The notes below the pieces were generated by a model. It searched no databases, was not told where the DNA came from, and saw only the letters and a program-made list of their open reading frames with translations. Shown here in pieces: positions 51,870 to 64,000 of a DNA stretch of 64,000 nucleotides. This DNA is from Eledone cirrhosa (Eukaryota), in contig OZ024741.1 of NCBI GenBank assembly GCA_964016885.1, forward strand, positions 212,598,001 to 212,662,000, in the 5' to 3' direction. Position 1 is the stretch's first letter, and every line of letters begins with the position of its first letter. A program made the position numbers and the translations under genes.

Positions 51870-52063
51870 AACGAAGGAAGTGTGGTAAGGAACCAGGTGG
51901 ACCAGAACGCAACAGAGTATTCTATACTTAGGGTAGTAGAATGGATAATATGAAAAGAGTCAGGATTCCGACGGCTGAGCTCCGGCCGTTTCGACAGCTA
52001 GATCCGAACGGCGTTCAGATCTAGCTATCGGAGCTCAGCCGTCGGGGTCCTGACTATTTTCCT
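51870..52063 (+). mobile_element. GAGCTC-loop family: inverted cap plus short fold-back
   Basis: agtcagga..ccgacggctgagctccg pairs with cggagctcagccgtcggggtcctgact. Cap shared with 59930-60000. Confidence 0.8.
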
Positions 52064-52089
52064 ATATATATATAAACATATATATATAT

Positions 52090-52165
<76 letters not shown>

Positions 52166-52302
52166 AGTATCTATTGGTTGTTTACCGACACCTCCGTATG
52201 CAGGTTGGAGCAATCGACGAAGTACCCAGGCTGGTTTGTTTACTCCGGAGTAATGTAAAATAATATGTAAGTCAAACATGTTAAAGTTGGCTTCGTTTAT
52301 AT

Positions 52303-52370
52303 AATTCTCTGTTATATATATTTCAGTGACAGCCATATATTGGCTGTGACCTCATCAGACAGCAAGAATT
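52303..52370 (-). ncRNA. Minimal hammerhead ribozyme motif
   Basis: CTGT-CTGATGA-GGT.ACAGCCA atata TGGCTGT.ACT-GAAA-TATATA-TA-ACAG, with outer aattct/agaatt pairing. Confidence 0.8.
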
Positions 52371-52470
52371 AATGTAAAAAAAACGGGTAAATATGGAGTT
52401 GTAATGTGTTCCATTCTGTCAATTCATCGATATCTCCAGCGCCTGGGTGTATTGTTAGTCCTTAGCGGAA

Positions 52471-52529
<59 letters not shown>

Positions 52530-52536
<7 letters not shown>

Positions 52537-53046
52537 CGGAATAAGTAAATATTAAACAATCTTTCAAATACATTAAAATACGATTTAAATATTTACCTCT
52601 TCTAGTGCCCTGACCGACGGTTTCACTTATCAAAAGATTGGAAATCCAGATATAGCTCTTGAGATGGCTTTTCCAAATCTACTAGACATAATCCGTATAG
52701 ATGTAGATATATCACACTCTGCCCAGTGAATGAATCAAGCCGTTAAAATGACCCACACACTTATCGGACCGTTAGAAAAAGCGGTAATTATAGACTCGCT
52801 GATATTTCATGCTGTTAGAAATAGCAGCATGATACAGCATTTTTTTCTCTACATTAAGGAGAATAACATAAATGATATAGATATCCCAGTAGGTACTAGG
52901 TACCCACGGAAATATATATGGTGTCTATAATAGTGGTTGTTCTATAGTACTTATTTGAGATACCATAACTGTAAATATGAGCGGAACAAGTAAACATTAA
53001 ACAATCAAATAAATTAAAATACAATTTAAATATATACCTCTTCTAG

Positions 53047-53050
<4 letters not shown>
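52530..53050. mobile_element. TA-bounded insertion with ~78-bp terminal direct repeats (period ~445)
   Basis: atatgagcggaa.aagtaaa.attaaacaatc...acctcttctagtgcc at 52530-52609 and 52975-53050. Confidence 0.75.
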
Positions 53051-53110
<60 letters not shown>

Positions 53111-53121
53111 CAACTATATAT

Positions 53122-53160
<39 letters not shown>

Positions 53161-53944
53161 TGCATATATATTCAAATTCTCCAGTGTTCTAAAGCCACAC
53201 GCCTTCATATAATACCTGTAATATACTGGTTTTAATCCAATATACAACATTTTACCGCCTTTTTTAACTGTCATCGTTTAAGTCCTATATAAACTATCAA
53301 TATGAATACTGAAATACTTCTGTTGATAGTTATTCACAACGCTCTCTTTACCTTTATATTTCTTCACATTCTTTTGAGAATTTTATAAATTTTTCTATAT
53401 ATCTATTTTCTCTCTTTTCTCTCACTGTTTTCTTTATCTATAAATCATTTTAAAGGATATTTGAATATAAATAAATCATTCATGAATTCAAATTGTGTCT
53501 ATTATCTACAAAACATTTCAGATGGAGTGTTTGCCATATTCCAATAGTGGAATCGGTAGAAAAATTTCGACGCATCATCGATTACCGCCATATGTTTAAG
53601 ACGTGTAAATTGCAGAGAAATTTACAAAATATTTTTCCTTCTAAAAATTCTTTACTTTCCTTCTTTCTTTCTTGCTTTCTTTCTTCCCTTCTTTCTTTCT
53701 ACCTTGCTTTCTTTCTTACTTTCTTGCTTTCTTTCTTACTTTGTTTCTTTCTTCCTTCCTTCCATTCTTTCTTTCTTTCTTTCTTTCTTCCTTTCTTGCT
53801 TTCTTTCCTTCTCACTTTTCTTCTTTCTTTCCTTTTTTCTTACATAAAAAAATGTATAACACATATCTGAGTGATTTTGTATTCCGTTCAGAAGCAAATA
53901 AATCTATTTGTTTATTCATTTTCTAGTTTTGATATATATATGTA

Positions 53945-54038
<94 letters not shown>

Positions 54039-54087
54039 CAGTTATATATTAATATATTTCCATATATATATACACACACACACACAC

Positions 54088-54129
<42 letters not shown>

Positions 54130-54254
54130 ATATATAAATATATATATATATATATAAACATATATGTATGTACGTATATACGTATGCATATATGCATATA
54201 AATATGTATACACATGTATTAGTATATATATATATATATACACACGTCTGTATA

Positions 54255-54329
<75 letters not shown>

Positions 54330-54432
54330 GTATATGTGTACATCTATATACTGTATACATTTTCCACATATATTCTAAACTTAATCGAATTTTGTAAAAT
54401 GTTTCGCAATGAAATTCCAATAACGTTATAGG

Positions 54433-54556
54433 GAAGAAGAAGAAGAAGAAGAAGAAGAAGAAGAAGAAGAAGAAGAAGAAGAAGAAGAAGAAGAAGAAGA
54501 AGAAGAAGAAGAAGAAGAAGAAGAAGAAGAAGAAGAAGAAGAAGAAGAAGAAGAAG

Positions 54557-54586
<30 letters not shown>
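54433..54586. repeat. Pure (GAA)n tract, ~51 units
   Basis: Directly visible. Confidence 0.97.
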
Positions 54587-54589
<3 letters not shown>

Positions 54590-54854
54590 TGTATAAAAAG
54601 CGGCAGGTTTGACAACAGTACTGACAACATTTGAATATAATTTAACGTATAAATTGTAATTTTTTCTGAAAACTATAAATACATTGTTGAATATAATCTA
54701 ACGAAGAAGATATCCTGTAAAAATTGAACAACGCCAAAACCACATATTTTAGTTACATCGTAAGAAAATTAAGTCTAAAGCAACAACAACAAAAACAGCA
54801 ACAAAGATGACAGCAAAAATAGTTACATATTTGCAGATTGAATGGTTTATTATA

Positions 54855-55045
54855 TAATTGTTTCTACTTTAGGCCCAAGGCCAGCAATTACGCAGTACAT
54901 TACTGGTACTTTATTTTATCGACCCCGTAATGACGAAAGGCAAAGTTAACCTCGGCGGGATTTGAACTCAGAATGGCAAGGGCCATAACTCTGTGCGTCA
55001 AAGCATGGCGTCCGACCCTCTACCGAGACTGCCAATCCACTGCCC
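54855..55045 (-). mobile_element. Family A SINE
   Basis: Match to consensus. Confidence 0.9.
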
Positions 55046-55186
55046 TTGATTTCCCTCTCACTATCTCTATATCTCCCCCACTCTCTCCCTCTCTCTCTCT
55101 CCCTCTCTCTCTCTCTCTCTCAATCTTTATATATATATAGGTAATTATATGTGTGTATACATTATCTGTATGCAGATATTAATATG

Positions 55187-55278
<92 letters not shown>

Positions 55279-55389
55279 CATATAAATATATGTGCATACA
55301 GATAATGTATACACACATATGGATGTTAAATTGCTGATTTTAATATGCGCAACATTCAAACAGACAGATCAAGTATCATCTCAACTATA

Positions 55390-55449
<60 letters not shown>

Positions 55450-55553
55450 TGTGTGTGTGTGTGTGTGTGTGTGTATTTATATTTATATACATATGCATAT
55501 ATATGTTTATATATATGTATATATATATATATATGTGCGTGTGTGTATGTGTG

Positions 55554-55600
<47 letters not shown>

Positions 55601-55603
<3 letters not shown>

Positions 55604-55961
55604 GGAGGTGAGTTTTATTGTAGTACAATAAAGCAATGCAGATATCGGATAAGAAGCACTCTACAGTTTGTGGGACTGGAGTATGCATAATATAAGATCA
55701 AAAGATGGTTAAAGGAGTTCCATATATTTTATTATGCGCATTTCAAAAACAAACATCATCAAACAATAATATTTGTGTTTTCATCAGATAAAACAGGACA
55801 TATGTTGATTTAAAACTGCACTATCAACAAGTGTTTTTTAGCCTTCATATCATGTTCTCCTGTTTTATCTGATGAAAACACAAATATTATTGTTTGATGA
55901 TGTTTGTTTTTGAAATGCGCATAATAAAATATATGGAACTCCTTTAACCATCTTTTGATCT

Positions 55962-55968
<7 letters not shown>
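55601..55968 (+). mobile_element. Fold-back PLE insertion: cap 55601-55687, arms 55688-55798 and 55858-55968, with hammerheads at 55725-55795 (-) and 55861-55931 (+)
   Basis: Essentially perfect 111-bp inverted repeat. TGTTTTAT-CTGATGA...GAAA-TGCGCA-TA-ATAAAATA. Homologous to both ends of 41565-43160. Confidence 0.9.
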
Positions 55969-56029
<61 letters not shown>

Positions 56030-56497
56030 GTGCGTGAGTGTGTTCTTGAATACATATATGACTGGCTTGTCAACACAAACACATACAGATATATATTGAT
56101 CTATATGGAAAAACGTATATCTATATATACTACGCAGAATATATCAATATAGTGTTGCGTTATGATATATTGGTTAACATAACATATAAACTGTTGCTAC
56201 TAACAAATACAGCACAGCATGAATGTATTATAATATGTTTATGTTTACAACCAACCATATGTACATGGACTTGAGGGATGTATATTCTATCAGTTTAGCG
56301 CTGGTTATTATTTGAATGATTAAACACAAACCATGGGCTTGCTTGTGATAAAATATATAAGTATAAACAAGTATATACTATGACAAGTAAGCCCATGTAT
56401 AGACACACACACACACATACCCCCCCCCTCACACACACACATATATATATATATACAAATATAAATTCAGCGAGAATCGTATTTCGGCGGCGGGTAG

Positions 56498-56559
<62 letters not shown>

Positions 56560-56568
56560 TTATATGTT

Positions 56569-56599
<31 letters not shown>

Positions 56600-56650
56600 G
56601 TATATTAGCATGTATGTAAATTTATATATATATGTATACATAATAAATTA

Positions 56651-56684
<34 letters not shown>

Positions 56685-56719
56685 ATGTATATTTATATAT
56701 ATGTATGCATAATAGATTA

Positions 56720-57435
<716 letters not shown>

Positions 57436-57450
57436 ATATATATCTATATA

Positions 57451-57484
<34 letters not shown>

Positions 57485-57956
57485 CATATATATATATACA
57501 CATATAAATATATATATTAACTTATACATATATATATATACATATATATATATACATATATATATATATTAACTTATACATATGTGAAGGAACATATATT
57601 ATATTAGTTTGTTTTACATTATATAGTCCGATATGGTTAATACGTCGTAACTGAACTTTAACCGTCGAACAAACACAGATACAAGCAGCAACTCTGCTAC
57701 ATATATAATTTGATATAATGTATCTACTGAGTTTCTTATATAGCATCATGGGTTTGAGATATTGCTAATCGAAATAACTCAATACATAGAGTTTGGACAG
57801 TGTGTAATTTAGTTAGTAAAACTCAAATGCTTGAAACAATCTATCAGGTTGCAGTGACTATTAAGGCATCGAGGTTTCTATGGCTAAATAATAAATACAA
57901 TAAAAACGTGTAAGCACTTAAATTTGCGTAAGGCTTCAGGGAATCTATAATATATA

Positions 57957-58000
<44 letters not shown>

Positions 58001-58015
58001 GTATAAAATATAACA

Positions 58016-58127
<112 letters not shown>

Positions 58128-58177
58128 TGTGTGGGTGTTTATCATGTCTATTACTCCGTTAATTTATATATATATAT

Positions 58178-59015
58178 ATACAAATAAATAATCGAGAATC
58201 GGAATCTCGGCCCACGAAATAACGAAACACAATCTTCGAAATGCGTGGCAAAGGGCTCAATAGTTTGGATAAACCAGAGCTATAACTATCGTTTAAATAC
58301 CAACACATAGAGACAATGCTTAAAATCATTCGCACAGCCGAAAAAACGACCAGGAAAATTCGGGTCACACAAATAATAAATTAATAAATTAATAAATTAA
58401 ATGAATGTAAAATCTTACCCGGACCCGCTAGAAGGATGTTAAATTCTAGCTTTTTGGGTTTCTGCAGTTCCTTAATCAATTACCGTCAGCCCACATAAAA
58501 AATATATCTGACTTCTGGTAATGAGACGAACGAGGAAACTGCTTTCTCAGCAGGCATTTCGTTCAAATATACAGAGGCACCCGTTACTAAACGCACGTGG
58601 AGTCCAGCAAGGGAGGGAACCCCTATATTAGGCGAATGAATTCAGTAATGTGTATATTTTTGTAAAAATTCAAAATATCACATATCGAATTAGAGTTCTC
58701 AACAGACGTGTTAAAATTAACAAGAGCTATTCATCAGTCAATAAGATCAACTAAAAAATCAATAAAATTAACTGGTCAATAGCTAAAGACTGGAGATAAA
58801 TACAAATAAATAATCGAGAATCGGAATCTCGGCCCACGAAATAACGAAACACAATCTTCGAAATGCGTGGCAAAGGGCTCAATTGTTTGGATAAACCAGA
58901 GCAATAACTATCGTTTAAATACCAACACATTGAGACAATGCTTAAAATCATTCGCACAGCCGAAAAAACGACCAGGAAAATTCGGGTCACACAAATAATA
59001 AATTAATAAATTAAT
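58178..59015. mobile_element. Insertion with ~215-bp terminal direct repeats (period 622)
   Basis: 58178-58395 is nearly identical to 58800-59015. Microsatellite flanks. Confidence 0.85.
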
Positions 59016-59022
59016 TGTATGT

Positions 59023-59112
<90 letters not shown>

Positions 59113-59394
59113 GGTTTTGGATGTGTTAGATTTTAGAGCGTTAATATGTGAGGGAGCCCTATTGGTAAATATTTGTTCATTCTATGACAGGCTCAACACT
59201 CTTAAGCTGGTTAAAATCCGCCTAAATGTATTCCACCTAAGCACAAGCTCTATGTTCAACATACATTTGATAGACCATCATGTTACATGCGTACACACAC
59301 AGGTACTCAATACATCAGTGGAGTAGAAAATCAATTTTATTATAGAAATTGCTTCTACAGGACATTTTTCTCGGAAGGGATAGCCTGTATATAT

Positions 59395-59471
<77 letters not shown>

Positions 59472-59474
<3 letters not shown>

Positions 59475-59902
59475 AAAAATAGAGGTGTGACACACGAGTT
59501 GTGATATATTAGTAAAAAGGAAAAGAAAATGCTGACAAATTTTTCCCAGTGAAAAATAGTTTAATTAGGAATAAGTATAAATTAGTAATAAGTATTGGTT
59601 AGTATTCAGTTTTAGTTTTAAGTTTTTACCGGTTGCGCATTTCTTATGCTTTTCAAAAATAATTTTGAGATAGAGCGCCCGTGATCTTTGCTCTTAGAGC
59701 AAAAATCTCAGAGCAAAAATCACGAGCACTCTATCTCAAAATTATTTTTGAAAAGCATCAGAAATGCGCAGCCGGTAAAAACTTAAAACTAAAACTGAAT
59801 ACTAACCAATACTTATTACTAATTTATACTTATTCCTAATTAAACTATTTTTCACTGAGAAAAATTTGTCAGCATTTTCTTTTCTTTTTTACTAATATAT
59901 AT
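59472..59902. mobile_element. ~190-bp-arm fold-back between (TA)n tracts
   Basis: 59504-59693 is the reverse complement of 59709-59900. Contains GAAA-TGCGCA. Confidence 0.85.
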
Positions 59903-59929
59903 CTATATATATATACATTTTCTTTGTTA

Positions 59930-60125
59930 AAGAAAGTGTAGTAAGAAACCAGGTGGGCCATAAAGCACCAGAGTACTCGATACTTAGGAGTGTGAGGATA
60001 GGAAAATAGTCAGGACCCCGACGGCTGAGCTCCGGCCGTTTTGACAGCTAGATCCCAACTGTTCGGATCTAGATCTCGAAACGGCCGAAGCTCAGCTGTC
60101 GGGGTCCTCACTCGTTTCCTATTTA
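59930..60125 (+). mobile_element. GAGCTC-loop family: inverted cap plus fold-back carrying the 3' half of a hammerhead
   Basis: aggaaaatagtcaggaccccgacggctgagctccggccgtt..agatcc pairs with ggatctag..gaaacggccgaagctcagctgtcggggtcct. Confidence 0.8.
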
Positions 60126-60870
60126 TATAATTATTCCATATCAAAAGATTGGTTGATCAACCAATCGACCGCCCCTGTAGTGTAAACGGATGTAAGCACA
60201 CCACAATGTGCGTAAATTAAGGTATTCCCTAAAAGGTATCAGACGGATATTATAAAGAAAATTAGTTCATGTATACATCCTCTGCATACATCCTCTGTTA
60301 TATAATCCATTTCCAGAACAGCAAAGTGATTGCGTGTTAATCATTTGACGTGTTGTCTTCATATAGGTGCAAAGGTGTAATATTTTTATGACTTTGTTTT
60401 TGTTATACACGACCTTTCTTCCTCTTTCTTTTTATCTTCCTTCTTGTAGCCATCAACCCCTACTTTTCTACTTCTCTCTTCTCTTCCTTCTCTTCTCCCC
60501 TCTTCCTGTCTTCCTCCCGCAGACTTATCTTCCTTCCCCCTCTTGCTTGCCTATATCTGACCGGTAGTAGTTGCCTTTCTTCTTTTAGCTGACATTAACC
60601 CTGGCTTCTCTTCTTCTTTCTTCCCCCTTCTTCTCTCTCCTTTCTTTCTTTCTTTCTTTCTTTTACCTTGTGTCATGAGATCGACGTTAACTTATGTTCC
60701 CATCCCTTTCTGTTTTCGTTTAACTGACCGGTAGTAGCATACTATAAACTTTAGCCACGTCACTCCAGGGCGACCGACTGAGGTTGAAGGAACAGAATAG
60801 CGGTCGCCCTCGGGTCCTCGATTTTCAGCCCCATGGATTTTATCTATTACATTCACGTATTATATTTCGA

Positions 60871-60928
60871 ATAGCTGATGATATCACCGGATTCATACGG
60901 AACCCGGTCATTGAAATGATCATAGTAT
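60871..60928 (+). ncRNA. Partly decayed hammerhead motif
   Basis: ATAG-CTGATGA-.AT.ACCGG...CCGGT.AT.-GAAA-TGATCA-TA-GTAT. First stem I pair is mismatched. Confidence 0.6.
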
Positions 60929-61119
60929 AATAAACCTTTCAAGGATTTACACAAATCCAGCCTCCTATCATTTCATTATAAAATTTAACTCCGTAATAGC
61001 ACCACCAACTACAAAAACAAAGACGGTTGAACTGCTTTACGTTGAGTACTCTCTATATTATTGCATTACGATTGACCATACGGAATAGACCAGCTCTATA
61101 CAGTGGTGAACCTCAAACC

Positions 61120-61212
<93 letters not shown>

Positions 61213-61258
61213 TACATATATCTATCTCTCTCTCTCTCCATATATATATACCTTTTCC

Positions 61259-61299
<41 letters not shown>

Positions 61300-61412
61300 G
61301 CATAACCCGAATGTTGATGTGCCGTACAATATCTATATATATATAATTTTGAATGGCGTAATTTTGTATATTCAAATCGCATGCATAGTCGAAAGAAGAC
61401 ACCGATGCAGTC

Positions 61413-61600
61413 CGGTGGATTCGCAGTGTCGGTAGAGGGTCGGATGCCATGCTTTGCAGCATAGACTTAGGGCCCTTTATGATCTGTGTTCAACTCCCGC
61501 CGAGGTTAACTTTACCTTTCATCCTTACGGGGTCGATAAAGTAAAATACCAGTAATACACTGGAATAATTGCTGGCCTTGTGCCAAAAGTAGAAACAAAT
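61413..61600 (+). mobile_element. Family A SINE
   Basis: Match to consensus. Confidence 0.88.
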
Positions 61601-62069
61601 ATTATTTGTTGGAGGTATGTTTTGGATCTTGTTGATATATTTGTACAAAACAATACTGAAATGTTGGTATATAGAGTTTTGCTCGAGCAAAACCAATGCG
61701 TCTTATCTAATCTTTACGCAGTTTTAGATCTGGATCTCTTTCTAAAGATGGTTGACATTTATTAGAATTTGACGCATTATTAGCCGCATAGTGGCTGTAA
61801 ATGTGTCAATTGTTAAGGAAGAAATAATTAAAAGAATACTTTAAGGAAGGAATTGCCTGAGAATTCTAAAACGCAAAGTTACCAGTTAAGGAATAATAAC
61901 AGCACAAAGAACGTGTATATTTATACTCCTCCATATATACGAAGGTCTCCTGAAAAGTTCATATACTGACCAAGATACACTTAAGGAATGACCAAATGAG
62001 GTTTATCTTTCGACATAGTCCCTGGAAAGCAACAATGCAGTTATTATAAGAAGTTTTCAAATTAATGGT

Positions 62070-62284
62070 TTCTTATATAGGCACAAGGCCAGCAATTATG
62101 TGGGAAGGAAAACTCGATAAAATATCGACCCCAGTGCGTGATTCGTACTTTGTTTTATCGACCCCGTAAAGGTAAAATGCAAACTTAAGCTTGGCGGGAT
62201 TTGAACACAGAATGGGAAGGCACGTTACTCTATGCCGCGAAGTGCGTTGTCCGACACTTTACCGATACTGCCAATCCACCGCCA
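62070..62284 (-). mobile_element. Family A SINE, longer diverged variant
   Basis: Match to consensus with an extra ~30-bp segment containing tcgataaaatatcga. Confidence 0.8.
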
Positions 62285-62699
62285 GTTTTCAAATTAAAGT
62301 ATGCAAGATTTTACAGCACTATCTATCATTACTCTTTCATAGCTAGCCTATGAAAATTTCACCCGACTGACGTATATATATATATATATATGAAAACAGG
62401 AAAAAAAAAGACGATTATTAAGAAGAAAACATTTTTTTTTTCCCGTTTTATTTCTGTCTCTCTTTTTTCTGTGTTAGAAAATTATTAAAACGAAATATTT
62501 TACTTTGTGTGAAGTGTTAAGGTATTAGTTGATTCATTTATTTATTTATATATTTAATAATTGTCTATTACCGGTTTCAGCATTTTTATGCATTATCAAA
62601 TGATAATAATATGTATTGGTGTAGAATGGTGGTGTTGGACATGTTAAAGAAATGGTGCAGAAAGAATAATGTTATTTAAAAACAAGGTTTATGAAGTGA

Positions 62700-62827
62700 A
62701 AATAAAAAAGAAAAAAGAGAAACGAAAAAAGAAAAAAGAAAAAAGAAAAAAGAAAAAAGAAAAAAGAAAAAAGAAAAAAGAAAAAAGAAAAAAGAAAAAA
62801 AAGAAAAAAGAAAAAAGAAAAAAGAAA

Positions 62828-62859
<32 letters not shown>

Positions 62860-63110
62860 AAAAAAAGAAAAAAGAAAAAAGAAAAAAGAAAAAAGAAAAA
62901 AAGTAAAAAGAAAAAAGAAAAAAGAAAAAAGAAAAAAGAAAAATGAAAAAAGAAAAAAGAAAAAAAGAAAAATGAAAAAAGAAAAAAGAAAAAAGAAAAA
63001 AAAAAAGAAAAAAGAAAAAAGAAAAAAGAAAAAAGAAAAAAGAAAAAAGAAAAAAAGAAAAAAGAAAAAGAAAAAAAAAATGAAAAAAAAATGAAAAAAG
63101 AAAAAAAAAG
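62700..63110. repeat. (AAAAAAG)n purine tract
   Basis: Directly visible. Confidence 0.95.
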
Positions 63111-63415
63111 GGGCGTAATGTGGAGCATATTAAGTCAATGTGACAGAAAAAATGTTATTTACAGGCATAGTTCTTGAAGATAAGCAGATCAAAATGTGTT
63201 AATATAGCAAGGGTGCTTAGTTGATCCATGATGGAGGCAAATGGTGGACTGGGGTTTGATATGTTTTCCCTTTTTAGAGAGTTAATTTGCAGGGGGAGGT
63301 AATTCATGCTGGATGATATTTAATTTATTAAAAAAAAGGATTAGGTAGGGTGTGAGGGAGGTAACTCTTTACAGAGACATAGGTATTTGTAAATGTTTGA
63401 TTGTTCGTGCCAGTT

Positions 63416-64000
63416 TTAGTTTAGTCCGAAGTTTAGAGCATTAAGTAGAGGTTGGAATTTGTTAATGAAATACGTTTCCTTATTGGTATGTTGGATGAAA
63501 GTAGCGTTGTCTTTGAATTTGTAAATGGGGCAAATTTTAAAGTTTGGATGTTGGTTGAGAGCACAATTGGCGATATGTTCACTAAATGCAATCTTTCTGT
63601 ATTCTTGTATTTTAATTTGTGATTTATCGACGGTCATACGTTCACGGGGGCTGATTTTTGTCTGTCCTATGTAGTGCTCTTGACAACCTGAGCAGTCAAA
63701 ACATAGATTAGGTTTTCAGATGCACATGTAAAGTTGTGTTTAACTTTAAAAGTTGTCCTTGTTTAAAATGGAATGTTGAACCTTCTATTAGATTTATGCA
63801 TATGCCACAGTTGGGCCTTCCGCATTTTGTTACTGTAGGGTTCATTGTGAGGTTTTGTTGGATTTTGGTTTGTGTGAGGATGTTTTTTATGGATTTAGGT
63901 TGTCTTTTGCTCTCTATGATGTTGTGTGTTTGGAGGATTTTGTTCATTCTTGGGTCTCTTTTTAGTAAAGGAATGTTCTGGGGGATTTGTCGAATGCCTC
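63416..64000 (-). pseudogene. PLE Zn-knuckle linker plus GIY-YIG endonuclease (possibly Neptune-type), frameshifted, continuing past the window end
   Basis: KRQPKSIKNIL, KCGRPNCGIC, then across frameshifts FTCASENLIY..CSGCQEHYIGQT...RERM...FSEH..C...KETYFINKFQPLLN. Confidence 0.88.

Noticed and set aside
60147-60166. Perfect 20-bp palindrome gattggttgatcaaccaatc
   Set aside because: Single occurrence with no context to assign a function.
62669-63128. Poly-Lys and poly-Phe ORFs (also poly-His at 49606 and poly-Glu at 35702)
   Set aside because: Simple repeat translations.

Overview
AT-rich, microsatellite-laden animal genomic DNA. The SINEs resemble those I recall from octopod cephalopods (inference, no database search). 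There is no confidently complete host gene. (1) 1-~24410 is a giant strand-biased GTT/GGT/ACT/GCT array. Its ~21-bp unit reads TTTAVTP on the minus strand, it is broken by frameshifts, and it contains a near-identical ~7.77-kb tandem duplication. It grades into a candidate minus-strand exon at 24417. (2) 24.5-64 kb is intron/intergenic-like sequence with (TA)n tracts, minisatellites, tRNA-derived SINEs and three decayed Penelope-like retroelement (PLE) coding fragments (one RT+GIY-YIG, two GIY-YIG). The most striking signal is a dense set of minimal type I hammerhead ribozyme motifs (CTGAYGA-stem II-GAAA-palindromic stem III-TH). About a dozen are intact or near-intact, from at least 7 sequence families, and most sit in insertions bounded by (TA)n. 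Several share one architecture: (TA)n-[inverted 85-135 bp extension cap]-[inverted 3' end of variable length]-[5'-truncated body ending after the ribozyme]-(TA)n, which gives fold-back hairpins. A shared cap and ribozyme tie one such hairpin to a GIY-YIG-coding PLE. All folds and alignments were done by eye, so coordinates are approximate to a few bases.
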